DNA from: Elsinoe ampelina
Lineage: Eukaryota
Direction: 5' to 3'
Length of the DNA stretch: 64,000 nucleotides
Assembly: GCA_010093995.1 (NCBI GenBank)
Contig: ML992503.1
Location: 1,045,234 to 1,109,233, forward strand
How positions within the stretch are numbered: position 1 is the first letter of the stretch; each line of letters starts with the position of its first letter. Under the pieces are notes generated by a model. The model had not been told where the DNA came from and searched no databases. It worked only from the letters and a program-made list of their open reading frames with translations. Made by a program: the position numbers and the translations under genes. Shown here piece by piece: positions 24,696 to 36,080 of this stretch.

Positions 24696-25822
24696 ATGGC
24701 TCCCGCCGTCCTCAAGAAGTCTGGCGTCATCTACGGTGACGACGTCAAGGACCTTTTCAAGTATGCTCAAGAGAAGCAATTCGCCATTCCAGCCGTCAAC
24801 GTCACTTCTTCATCGACAGTTGTTGCTGCGCTAGAGGCTGCTCGCGACGCAAAGGCACCCATCATCCTCCAGGCCTCGCAGGGTGGTGCCGCCTACTTTG
24901 CCGGCAAGGGTGTGGACAACAAGAACCAGGAAGCAAGCATTGCTGGTGCAGTCGCCTTCGCCCACTACGTCCGCGCAGTCGCTCCTTCATATGGTATCCC
25001 AGTCATCATCCACACCGACCATTGCGCGAAGAAGCTCCTTCCATGGCTCGACGGCATGCTTGACGCCGACGAGGCGTGGTTCAAGCAACACGGCGAGCCC
25101 CTCTTCTCCTCTCACATGATCGATCTGTCTGAAGAGCCTGTGGACTGGAACATCCAGACCACCAAGAAGTATCTTGAGCGCGCCGCTCCCATGAAGCAAT
25201 TCCTTGAGATGGTGAGCTCAACCACACTAACCCCACCAAAGCTCCGCTAACGGCCCAACAGGAAATTGGCATCACTGGAGGTGAGGAAGATGGTGTGAAC
25301 AACGAGGAAGTCGACAATGCATCCCTCTATACTCAGCCAGAAGATATCTACGAGATCTACAAGACTCTTTCCGCCGTCTCCCCTTACTTCTCCATCGCTG
25401 CTGGATTCGGTAACGTCCACGGTGTCTACAAGCCTGGCAACGTCAAGCTCCACCCAGAGCTCCTCAAGAAGCACCAAAACTACGTCAAGGAGAAGATCAG
25501 CGGCCAGGACGACAAGCCAGTATTCCTCGTCTTCCACGGTGGCAGTGGTAGCTCCAAGCAGGAATTCTCGGACGCCATTTCCTACGGTGTTGTCAAGGTC
25601 AACCTCGATACCGATCTCCAGTACGCCTACACCGAGGGTATCAGGGACTACATGATCAACAAGAAGGACTACGTTAGCACCCAGGTTGGCAACCCAGACG
25701 GAGCAGATAAGCCCAACAAAAAGCATTACGACCCGAGGAATTGGGTTCGCGAGGGTGAGAAGACGATGACCAAGCGTGTCGCCATCGCTCTGAAAGATTT
25801 CAACACCGCTGGGCAGTTGTAG
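24696..25822 (+). CDS. FBA1: Fructose-bisphosphate aldolase, class II
   Basis: AIPAVNV, HTDHC, SSHMIDLSEE, E|IGITGGEEDG, GNVHGVY, FHGGSG, KVNLDTD, YDPR motifs; intron 25212-25261; strong C/G-ending codon bias. Confidence 0.97.
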
Positions 25823-26577
25823 GAAAAGAGCGAGGTATACCAGGGGTTGGGTGGTGAAGCTTTGAGCAAAGTCTTGGCAGCGGAGCGGCAGAAGCCAGTA
25901 TGCAGCACGATACATATTCCAGCAAATCAGACACGTCTATTTGGTCTAGTCGCAAGCGTGAGATACTTCATGAAGCATATCTGGGTCAACGAGGGAGACA
26001 GCCATGGCTGTGGGACCAACCCAACCACCAATTCTGAATTTTTGCACAGGCAGCTGTACTGTTTCATTCGTCCTGTCGTGTTCTTTACTCACCTTGCTAG
26101 TCAGCTCTGTCAAGGTGCAAGTCGAATTGAGATGAGTTCTCTGTTGAACGGACAACCATGCAAATGTCAGCATTCGCCGCCCACGTAGCGACAAAGAACG
26201 CTCAAGTCATGGAAACGCCGGGCCAGAGCGGCAGACAGATACGACGGAGAGCGTGTGGCGACACATTTCAAGTCACAAGATCAATATCAGGCGAGTATAA
26301 GCAGAGGAAATGTCAGCTAGTCGAAGATGGCTGTGCATCTCACTGCGCCTCACATTTCGTGTTGTGGCTGCAGCCTTTCCTGTCCCTTTTCGTTTCTGGC
26401 GTCACCCTCTTGACGCCGAATTTAGCAAGCTCGGTCTTACACCTTACCGCATTCTTGAGCACTCTGTTGGCCTGCCATCTATTGTCTTCTCCTCAAAAGT
26501 TCAAAGGCCATTCAACCTCACCTTTTGATCTTTCTTTTCTCAAGTTCACCTCATCGCGCACCTCAATATCACAAATC

Positions 26578-28916
26578 ATGGGTGTGAGTGCTTGCCCTTG
26601 CCCCACCATGTCATCATTGCCCCTCCAAGCGACGATTGAAGCTTCAGCTTGCGACAGAAGCGACAACTGACACGATTCCAGCTCGCTAGCAAGCTCGCCG
26701 CATCTCAAGGTGCTCCTGTAGGACCTGGAGGCTATTCAGGTGGCGGACAGCAAGGATATCCTCCCCCTCCCGGTGGTCAACAGAAGCCTGGAGCTTATGT
26801 GAGTTCAATGACGCCCGACACGGCCCGGCCTGCGGTCACCTGCTGACGTTTCTTCCTTGGACAGCCCGGCCAGCAGCAATATCAAGCCTACTCCGGTGGT
26901 CAGGTAAGCTCCAGATTTTCCCATCCTTCACCAACACTTGCAACATCGCATTTCACCTTTACTTTACCCTCATACACCTACGCAATTCAAGTTCGATCCT
27001 GAGGGACTGTGCGACTCGGCGAATTCGACATGGCGGGGCGACCGCCCTACGGCGCCTATCCAGGCGGTACACCGCAACCACTTTACCCAGCATACAATGG
27101 CCCTCCGCCATTTGCACAGTCGCCGTTTCAATCTGCGCCTTCGCAGTCCCCATTTCAGTCGCCGCCTCCACAGCAACCAGGATACGGTCAACAAAAACCA
27201 CAGTACCAGAGTTACCAACCTCCGCAGCAGCAACCATCTCCATACCCTAGCCAGTCCACCTATAACCGACCACCTCCACCGCCACCTCCGGGGCAGCAAC
27301 CTCAGCAGCAGCCCGGCTATGGTTACCAGCAGCCGTCACATCCATACGGTCAACCTTCGTACCCTCCGCAACAGCAGCAGACGTATCAGCCGCAACAACA
27401 GGGAGGATACGCGCCATATGGAGCGCCGCCTCAACAGCCTCAAGGCCAACAGTCTTATGGATATGTCCGTCGCTACTTTCCCGCACATTGAACACAAGAC
27501 ATCCGCGAGATCATGGACAAGAGCTAGGAGCTGACAATCATAACAGGGACAACCCCCACCACCACAGGGTCAATACCCACCACAAGGCCAGCAACAGGGC
27601 GGGTATGGCGGCCCTCCTCCGCAGCAGCAGGGAGGATACGGTGGGCCACCACAGCAAGGGCAGCCAGCTGGACCCGGAGAAATAGCTGCGTACAAGCAGT
27701 CCCTGCAGCAGACGATCCAGGAGAAGCGCCTCCAGCAATTCTACCCACCAAATTCCCAGATCATTGACCAAGTCGCGAACAAGGCGTCGTTCCAGGTCGA
27801 CCGTCTATGCGCTCAGTGGCGTATCAACAAGGAGATTGCCAACGATATTGTCAAGCTGGCCCTCTATGACATTGTGCTGTTCATTGGTATGCGAAGAGCT
27901 CGGTGTACACCATTAGGCAGAGCTGACTTGGCGCAGACGACAGTGGATCCATGCAGTTCGAGGAAAAGGGAGAGCGCATCAAGGACTTGCAGGTTATTCT
28001 CGAGCGCGTTGCTTTTGCCGCAACCCTATTCGACGACGATGGAATCGAGATTCGCTTCATGAACCAGGACCCACCTGCCAACATGACTTCAAATGTCAAG
28101 ACTCAGGAGCAGGTGAATCAGCTTATGAATGGCCACCGCTTCAGCGGTCTCACGCCCATGGGTACCAACTTGCGCAAGAAGGTCATTGACGACGTCTTCC
28201 TCCGCAACCTTAGGAGTGGTCGTATGAGGAAGCCCCTTCTTGTCATTGTCATCACCGACGGTCAGCCCGCTGGCGAACCTCAGACTGCCGTCTTCGACAC
28301 TGTGCGCGATGCAGTGAATGAAGCCGGTCGCTCACCTTTGGGTACTGGCGCCATTGCCTTCCAGTTCGCGCAAGTCGGAAACGATCAGACCGCCCGCGAA
28401 TTCTTGGGCAAGCTCGACGCTGATCCAGCTGTCGGTCCAATGGTTGACTGCACTTCTAGTTCGTACTGGTCTGATTTCACACACGGGATCTACTAACATC
28501 GAATAGACTACGAGACCGAATCTGAGGAGATGCTCCGTGCTAACCCCCCTGTTGAGTTGACTCCAGACCTCTGGATGATCAAGCTTCTCCTCGGTAGTAT
28601 CGACTCGTCATATGACTCCAAGGACGAAAAGACTGGAGGCTCAGGCGGGCACGGTGGATACGGCGGACCGCCACCAGGACAGTACGGTGGTCCCCCTCCT
28701 CCAAACTACGGCGGTGGTCCCCCACAAGGCCAATACGGTGCTCCACCTCCACAGCAAGGCTACGGTGGTCCTCCACCACCCAATTATGGTGGGCAGCAGC
28801 AGCAGCAGCAAGGAGGCTACGGCCGTCCTCCGCAGGGTGGCCAGCCTCAGTACGGTCAGCAACCACCGTACCCTCAGCAGGGTGGATACGGTGCTCCCCC
28901 GCCTCCGAGGTACTAG
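26578..28916 (+). CDS. von Willebrand factor A (vWA/MIDAS) domain protein with Pro/Gln/Gly/Tyr-rich termini
   Basis: Exons 26578-26583 (MG), 26682-26798 (LASKLAASQG..), 26865-26903, 27547-27887, 27937-28458 (D|DSGSM MIDAS; VITDGQP; FQFAQVGND), 28507-28916. A candidate alternative first exon lies at 27030-27464. Confidence 0.85.
27030..27464 (+). CDS. Candidate alternative first coding exon of the vWA gene (145 aa, P/Q/Y/G-rich)
   Basis: Begins ATG GCG GGG, open for 145 codons with the same composition as the flanking exons, ends TAT|GTCCGT in phase 0, matching the phase-0 acceptor at 27546 (CTGAC..TAACAG). Confidence 0.65.
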
Positions 28917-29169
28917 ACTGCCATTCACAATCACTGGGGGCTAGGGGTTGGCGATTCAAAAGGGAAACGATTAGTGGCGCTTACATAGTTGTCTCATCCT
29001 CATGACTAATTCAACATGCTACCCACCACCGATAAGCCATCGATGTGCGGGGAGTCTCATGTTGCCTAGAGGAGAATTGATATCTGAAAAGTCTTCTACT
29101 TACTACTTGTCGCAGCAGTAGGGATGGGCCTGCACCTCCACGTTGAGCGTTGGGTCGCGCTTCGTGAGG

Positions 29170-30756
29170 TTAGTCCTTGAGAGTCTTGCTCTTCTCGATC
29201 GACGCATCCCACACTGCTTGATATGATGGTGGTGTAACGCGCAGTGCATCGATAGGGTATCTCCCTTCTTGGGGCGCAGCAGATCTTGCGCTCTTTAAGA
29301 AGACAGACTTTGCAGCGAGATTGCCGCGGCGGAGATCGCTGATTCTCGCTATGGAGTAATAGTCGGCAGCGTCGGACATGACCTTCAGCATGTGATCGTC
29401 CCAGTGAGTGCGACCAACGACGAAGTCATTTCCGATTGACTCGATCAGGTCCAGGTTGGCCGACACGAGCGGCGCCGAGGCGAGATCGAACAAAGGTATG
29501 GCGCGGCGCAGGCCTGGATTCCAGCCTCTTTCGACCTGTGGCTGTGCCTGCACCTGTGCCGGCTTCGGCTCAGGCTCTGCATCCTCCGAGACTCTGTCCT
29601 CCTACATGTGATGGATGCGGTCCGTCTCCTGCGGTGTAATGTTGCCATTCCACTCGCTGATGCGTTCCACGTCGAGATTTGCGGTTGTAGGCGCAAGCTC
29701 CTCCCATAATGCGCCGAGCGTGCGACTAACATGTGCGACTGTGGCGAGGTGCGGCTACAGCTTCTGAATAATCTGTTCGCCAATGTAGGTCTTGTCCTCG
29801 AAAGGACCTTATTCGGGAAATTGGTTTGCTGCCGCTGCAACTGCGCTCATATCGAACTTGTGCTTGGTGCCGAGCCAGAGAAAGCTAGTGGCGGTCATCT
29901 CGCAGTCGATGTAAAGCGTTGCGTGCGCCATTGAAGACGAGAACATTGGGGTGCGAGTGACAGTGTTGTCATCGAAGGCCGCTTTCACTTGACGCTTGCT
30001 CGCGTTGAAATACTTCTTGAGATATCGGTAACCGGCGCGCGGGCAAATGTCGTCCGCCGGAAGCCGGCTGAGCAAAGTCGCTATCAGCTGGGGGTCCAAT
30101 TTGTATGTTGCTATATCAATAGCATCGTACAGGTTGCCGCGAGCCACCGTTCTCAAGGAAGTCGTGCGACTTCTTCAACAGAAAATACGAGCAAGTTCCC
30201 TCACCTCCGGTATAATTGTTTTCAGCGCAAGAGACTCGCTTTGCTCCAGTCATGGCTACATGTGGGGTTTGACATCGGGCAGATGTTCAACAAATGACTT
30301 TGGCTGTTCCCTGAGTAGAGTCTCTCGCAATACACCGTCTGAATTGCTGGCGACCGCATTGCGTAGATCCTCGGGACATGCGCGATCTTCTCGGGCGGGG
30401 TACGGTAGGAAGCCTTTCGTAGCGGCGTGCTGGCCCAGCTCTCCTTCCTTGAGGCTGTAGGGCGTGCCGCGAGACTCCTCTCTGTAATCAGGCGCCTCGC
30501 TCTCGTCCACTTCTTCTCCTTCGGTCTTGATTTTGGCCTTCTCCAGCTGTGGACAATCATCTTCAGGGGGTTCGCTTGTCTTGCGCTCCGCGCCGCGCTT
30601 CCCGCTCTTTGCGCTGGAGCCAGTTATCTTGCTATTGGCCTTTGCAATCTTGTTGGCGATATGTGTGGTGAGGTCGGAAGGTGTAGAAGGCTTGAAGGTC
30701 GCAAATGTGAGCTTTGATTCGGAAGCATCGTCTTCAACTGCGTTTCGAAGCAGCAA
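29170..30756 (-). pseudogene. Degenerate coding relic with multiple in-frame stops
   Basis: ORFs 30256-30756, 29809-30156 and 29170-29553 share one frame and are separated by isolated stops (TAG 30256, TGA 30250, TGA 30175, TAA 29809, TAG 29755, TAG 29602), with protein-like sequence between. Family not recognised. Confidence 0.55.
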
Positions 30757-32211
30757 ATGTTTCTGCTGCCGGAAAGGACTTTTATGGAATTGGTCAAGTC
30801 TCCTGGTGAGGAGATGATGGCCTTCCTACTCTGAAGAAGCTCTGTGACGTCTGGTATGTCTCAAATGGGGACAAGCGAATTGTTGAGGTGGTAACGATCC
30901 GACCACTAGGCATACGTGGCAGAAGACTTCTCGAGCATCGTATAAGACAACTAGTATAGCGACTAGCTCGGCTGACTGCATCGACCGAAGCTGTAGAATG
31001 CACCAATGCCTGTGTCATTGGCATACCGCCCTTGAAAGCTTCGATGATTTTGTGCTTCTCCGCAGTGTCCGGGACTGGTGACAGCGGAACCCACACGTCG
31101 TCCGCGCCGCACAACATGTCGTAGATCTGTCGGGCGGCCTTGCCGTTTCCGGTCTGTGTAATTGGGGTCCTCGTATGATCCGAATTTCTGTTGGATTTCT
31201 CGTTGCCGGAGAAGGTATTTAGAAATAGTTGGAGTCGTTGCTTTATCCCTCTTAGCCGACTGTCTATGCACGACAGAGAGCGAAGATTCCTTACGAAAGC
31301 AGCTTTGGCCTGTTCCCACACAAAGATCGTTGTAATATCGATCAGATGTCGGATCACACATCGAGGCTGCCCGTAGAGTGTGTTCAGCTCCCAATCCATA
31401 GATTCAATTATGACAGATCGATGGCCTCGAAGACAGCCGTCAATACGTGCATCAGTAGCGCTGTCCGTACGGTGGTATGGCCAGAGGTCTCCATTGGATT
31501 CCAGATAGCCCCTCCACTACCAGCTAGATCCAGAAGTATTGCCGCGGCTTTCAAGCTGATCAGCGCCGTGGCTGCCACCGCCGCCGCGAGCTGCACAATA
31601 CTTCCAGCACATTCACCTATTGCCTTGACATTGCCGAGCTTATATTCTTGACATGTGCTGACTGCTCGACCGACCGCGGAAGACAGGGGACCGTGTGCAA
31701 AGCCAATCGCTAGGATGATGTTGAGATAGAGAGCAAAGTCAGTGCGAATCCGAACAGTCATTTCTGAAGTCCTCGTGGAGGCCATCGTCGTGATCGAATG
31801 AAATGAAGAGTTCTGTTTGCGATGCAGGTGATTGCAGCGGAGTTGATGGCGGGACTTCACTGAGATTGTTCAGCAGGTGAAGTGCAGAGAAGCTTCTCCG
31901 AGAGCAATTGCAACGATTCCGACCAGTGCGAGGGCTTCTCAACAGCAAGACAGACTTAGGTCAGATTCTCATCTGCATCGTTACGTTGTAGATTGTGACG
32001 GCAAATTGAAGAAGAAGTTGTCGACATGATGGAGGAGTGAGCTTTATGTTATGAGAACTGAAGTTCGGAGTTGCACTCCGCTGGAACCACGTGATTGACG
32101 ATCTATCATATTTACACAAAATGCCACCAGGCATCAAAACTTCTACGTAGAATGGGTATCATAGGTACAGTAAGCCCCTCCATCACCCCCCAATACACAT
32201 CCGTTTATACA

Positions 32212-33738
32212 TCAAGCCCTCCTCCCCTTCATCATCTTCTTCTGAAACGCAATCAAATCTGTCGGATCTTTTGTCGCGATATAGTAATTGCCCGGCGCAT
32301 CAGTCCAGCTGACGCTGCCTGAGAAGTACTCCAGCTTCTTCACCTTGAGCAGGTGTCTCGGGTCGTTCACGGTCCGCTCCTGAATCTCAAAGCCGTCCGG
32401 TTTGAAGCTCTTAAGACTGATGACCTGGGCGCCGTCTTTGAGGTCCAGGAATCGATCCACGAGCTTGCTGTTCAGGTTGGGGCCGAATGCTTGGTTGTTC
32501 ACCAAGATGACGTCTGCCCTCTTGAGAGCCTCTCCGACCTCCTTGCTGTCCAGAAAGTCGCCGCGGAGGAGGCGGACCTTACCGACAGAGATGCCCCAGA
32601 GTCTGGCGCGCTGAGGGAATTCTTGGGCTTGGAGGTCTCCCAGCTCGCATGGATTCTTCATGATCTCGCAACCCCATGCCTCGCACCCGGTTTCCAGGGC
32701 CGCCTGGAGGACGACATTCCCAACGCCAGAGCCGAGGTCCACGAACACCTGATCGGAGCGCAGTCCGGTCTCCTTGAACATCTTTGAGCAGAGCGTGTAG
32801 AGTAGCTCTCCGTAGACAAAGTCGGTGCCGTTCTGATAGTCCTTCAGGCTCTCAACATAGGGAGAGACAGTCCGGGAATAGACCTGGTCGAGAATGCGCT
32901 TCATCCAGTCGAAGCTCATGCCATGCTTGCCTGCAAGGACCTTCTCGATGGTGCCATCCTTGACCCTTGTCTCGATCAATGTGTTGTACTCGTCCAAGAT
33001 CTTCTTGTACTCCAGCGGATCACCTTCACTCCCCTTGAATGCCCTGTTTAGACGCCTCTCGAAACCGAACTCTTCGTCACATGCTCTTGCTGCTTCCGCA
33101 GGCGGAAGATAATTCGCGCAAACGAACTTGACCGTCTCCCCAATATCCTCTATGCTCTTGTACCCATCGCTCTCCGTTGAGTTCGCCAGGTAGAAGCGCT
33201 CGCGCTTTGAGTTGCTGGGGTACTGCAGCTCGACTTCTGTGGCGACCTCCTCCCTAAACGCAGGTAGAAATTTCGGATCGCTACTGACCAGGTCCGCAGC
33301 GTGCGCGAGTGGGAAGTCCTCCGTAGGTGCCGTCCACGAGTTGGTGCGGTCGACTAGTGTCCGCGAGGGATCCACAGAAGATGCGCTCGACCGTATCCTC
33401 TTCCTCGTGGAATCAAAGGATACCTCCGAATCGCCCTCGCTGTCGGACGAGCTGTCATCCCATTGAGGCGGAGGCGTGACAGCCTTGCGTTTCACAGCTT
33501 TGCGGACAAGGGCCTGTTTCGATGTGCTGTTGCCGACCTTGGTAGCGACCGCATTTCTATGTTGGAGTGTGCTGGGTCTGGAGAGCTTGGAGGGTTGCGC
33601 TGGAAGTGGTAACTGCGTGGACTTTTTCCTAGGCTCGACCGCTGGTGGGGCGGAGGAGGACTTTGTGCTCTTGTTTGATGAGGTAGAAGCGACTGAAACC
33701 TTTCTAAGTACCGACTTTGTCTGTATGTTTCCGAACAT
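32212..33738 (-). CDS. DOT1: Histone H3-K79 methyltransferase
   Basis: VYGEL, FVDLGSGVGNVVLQAALE, GCEI, ILVNNQAF, SVSWT motifs; intronless 508 aa. Confidence 0.96.
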   Translation of the reverse strand: MFGNIQTKSVLRKVSVASTSSNKSTKSSSAPPAVEPRKKSTQLPLPAQPSKLSRPSTLQHRNAVATKVGNSTSKQALVRKAVKRKAVTPPPQWDDSSSDSEGDSEVSFDSTRKRIRSSASSVDPSRTLVDRTNSWTAPTEDFPLAHAADLVSSDPKFLPAFREEVATEVELQYPSNSKRERFYLANSTESDGYKSIEDIGETVKFVCANYLPPAEAARACDEEFGFERRLNRAFKGSEGDPLEYKKILDEYNTLIETRVKDGTIEKVLAGKHGMSFDWMKRILDQVYSRTVSPYVESLKDYQNGTDFVYGELLYTLCSKMFKETGLRSDQVFVDLGSGVGNVVLQAALETGCEAWGCEIMKNPCELGDLQAQEFPQRARLWGISVGKVRLLRGDFLDSKEVGEALKRADVILVNNQAFGPNLNSKLVDRFLDLKDGAQVISLKSFKPDGFEIQERTVNDPRHLLKVKKLEYFSGSVSWTDAPGNYYIATKDPTDLIAFQKKMMKGRRA

Positions 33739-34358
33739 GCTTGATCGTGAAAGCGACGGTGATTGGTGGAGAGCGGGCGGAAGAGAGAGCGAACTGGTAA
33801 ACGAGGGATGGCTTATTAGTGATAGTCGCCGCGGTATGCAGAGCAGTCCGTTTCATGAATGGCGGGGAGCGATATGCAAGGGATGGAAAAGCAAGCCAAA
33901 CCTTGCGCCTGGTGAAAGTGAGTGTCGTGTGCCGGAGACTGCGACCACTTTACGGGCAACACGCGGCAATTCAGCCGCACCTGACCGGGCGCGTTTTTAG
34001 ACTTTGACGGCTGACTAATAAGTCTGGGTCCGCCGCATGGCCTTCTCTTGCATGTTCTGCTTGTGTCTTTTCTCTGAGCACTGCTATAGACATGTCAGGT
34101 GTGTCAGGCCTTGGGGCAAAGACGTTTGCAAGTGCCTAAGCGATGTGTTGTTGTCTTGGGTCGGTCGTCATGTACCTGCACAGATTTCGTGCTCGTCTGC
34201 CCCTCATGAGATCACGAAGACGTCGCGATGCGTGCTTCCTCTTTCGTCATGGCTGCTGAACGTACATTTGTGTTATATGAGGTGAGGTATTCCCCATATT
34301 CCCTTTCATCGATCCTACAAAACCTGAAACTACCACTGATTTGACCATCTCCTTCACA

Positions 34359-35045
34359 ATGCAGGCAGTCAACGTCTTCTGGGATTCAATCGTCCCGTAC
34401 CTGCCTTCCTTCCTCCAGCCATCTAAGAAACCTTTCGGCAACACGAGTCATGCTCCACTATCATCGGTTCATGCCCATCTCAATGCCTTCCATGTCTATG
34501 CGAACGAACCGACTCGCTACGTCGAGGCGAATCACTACTGCGCCCACCTCACTTCCAAGGTCCGCCAATGCCTACTCTACGACTCTGCTTCGCCATCTGC
34601 TCGTTTGATCGGTGTCGAGTACATGATAACCCCTGGTCTCTATGCAACACTGCCACAAGAGGAGAGGCGGCTCTGGCATTCGCACGTCTTCGAGGTCAAG
34701 TCCGGTATGCTGGTCATGCCTAGACCCAATGGTGTACCAGAGGCTGTTTGGGAATCCGGTGAGGATGAAGCAATGAAGGGGATCATAGAGCTGTATGGCA
34801 AAGTCTACCACCTCTGGCAATACGATCGTGGAGAGGAAGTACCAATGGGGGAACCACAACTAATGATGAGCTTGACTGAGGAAGGCTTCAAGCGGGTAGA
34901 AGGGATCGAGGAGAAGCTGGCAGAGAGAGACCAGAGATTCGGGACCAATTGGAAGGCCAAAGGCGAGAGGAGGAAGGGGATCAAGGAGCCGGAGATTCAC
35001 CCTGATGCTGATTTTACCTGGAAGCAAGTGAGAGGCGAGGCTTGA
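34359..35045 (+). CDS. DUF1264 / oil-body-associated protein-like
   Basis: HLNAFH..VEANHYC..RQCLLYDS..RLIGVEYMI..LWHSHVFEVKSGMLVMP..YGKVYHLWQ..GEPQLMMS pattern; first ATG at 34359. Confidence 0.85.
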   Translation: MQAVNVFWDSIVPYLPSFLQPSKKPFGNTSHAPLSSVHAHLNAFHVYANEPTRYVEANHYCAHLTSKVRQCLLYDSASPSARLIGVEYMITPGLYATLPQEERRLWHSHVFEVKSGMLVMPRPNGVPEAVWESGEDEAMKGIIELYGKVYHLWQYDRGEEVPMGEPQLMMSLTEEGFKRVEGIEEKLAERDQRFGTNWKAKGERRKGIKEPEIHPDADFTWKQVRGEA

Positions 35046-35072
35046 ACTTGTCGTGGCAGGCTGAGAGACAGA

Positions 35073-35107
35073 TCTGGTAGTTATTAGCCACGCCTGTAAC
35101 TACCAGA
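35073..35107. repeat. CTGGTAG/CTACCAG inverted repeat, copy 2
   Basis: TCTGGTAGTTA, 13-nt spacer, TAACTACCAGA; perfect 11-bp arms. Confidence 0.85.
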
Positions 35108-35312
35108 CCTCTTAATCATCTTCTCGTGTTGTGATAGCTATTGCAATAAGCCACACATTTCGAATTACGGAAAAAGGACGCAAATGATGTACATCTCCAA
35201 GCTGAGTCAGCCTCAGAGCCGCATCTGCGGTGTAACGTAGAAGGTGCCGGGCATGTAGGAGCTCAGCACACAAGATCCATGAGCATAGTCCTTCAAGGGA
35301 TTACATCTTACA

Positions 35313-36008
35313 ATGGCGCCACTTACACTTTACGTCTCTCCGGGCACATGTTCACTCTTCGTGCACATCCTCTTCCGCGAATCCAAGCTTCCCTTTGAGC
35401 TTGAGATAGTCGACATCACAAAGACCTATGGCTTCCCGGACTCACTCAAACATCTCAATCCGAAGAAACGGTTCCCGCTCCTGGTCCTCGAGGACGGAAA
35501 GACTGTCCTTACGGAGACGGTCGGTATAGCATCGTACATCGACCGCCGAGCACCAGAAGCACAAATCTTTGGCAAGTCGGCGCTAGACGTGGGCCGCTGC
35601 TTCGAATGGTTCAATTGGTTGAGTGGGACTGTTCACGAAAGAGGATTCGGTGCTCTCTTCATGCCGTTCGGCTACACGGACGACGAGGCGGCGCAGAATG
35701 GCATCAGGATCAAGTCGCGAAAGTGGATTCGAGAATGCTTCGGGATGATTGAGGAGAGATTGAAAGATGGCAAGGGCTTCTCTGTCGGAGAGGGTTTCAC
35801 CGCTGCTGATGTGTTCCTCTTCGTCGAGTACAGGTGGGGATATTTGATCGGAATTGACATGAAAAAGGAGTATCCTGCATACACAAGGCTTGTGGATCAA
35901 GTGATTGAGAGGGAGAGTGTAAAGGAGGCCGTCAAGGTCGAAGGGATTGAGATGATCGTGGACAATCGCAGCACAGAATGGATTAGATCCTTGGGCGTGG
36001 AGACTTGA
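35313..36008 (+). CDS. Glutathione S-transferase (beta-class-like, Cys-type N-terminal motif)
   Basis: LYVSPGTCS, LNPKKRFPLL (cis-Pro loop), LTETVGI, WLSGTVH, FTAADVFL (N-capping box); intronless. Confidence 0.9.
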   Translation: MAPLTLYVSPGTCSLFVHILFRESKLPFELEIVDITKTYGFPDSLKHLNPKKRFPLLVLEDGKTVLTETVGIASYIDRRAPEAQIFGKSALDVGRCFEWFNWLSGTVHERGFGALFMPFGYTDDEAAQNGIRIKSRKWIRECFGMIEERLKDGKGFSVGEGFTAADVFLFVEYRWGYLIGIDMKKEYPAYTRLVDQVIERESVKEAVKVEGIEMIVDNRSTEWIRSLGVET

Positions 36009-36043
36009 TGGTGCAAAGTCTGCTATTTGTACTTAGTAACTAG

Positions 36044-36080
36044 GTTCTGGTAGTTATTATACTATAGGTCCTACCAGAAC
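36044..36080. repeat. CTGGTAG/CTACCAG inverted repeat, copy 3
   Basis: GTTCTGGTAG, 17-nt spacer, CTACCAGAAC; perfect 10-bp arms; shares TCTGGTAGTTATTA with copy 2. Confidence 0.85.

Noticed and set aside
25823..26188. Open frame continuing ~120 codons past the FBA1 stop (possible readthrough or cryptic peroxisomal isoform)
   Set aside because: The stop context TAG GAA is not the leaky TGA CTA type, the extension ends in ..SPPT rather than a PTS1, and its codon usage does not resemble FBA1.
32212..36008. Possible secondary-metabolite or detoxification cluster
   Set aside because: No PKS, NRPS, terpene cyclase or other backbone gene in the window; the dioxygenase, GST and ABC transporter are far apart among housekeeping genes.
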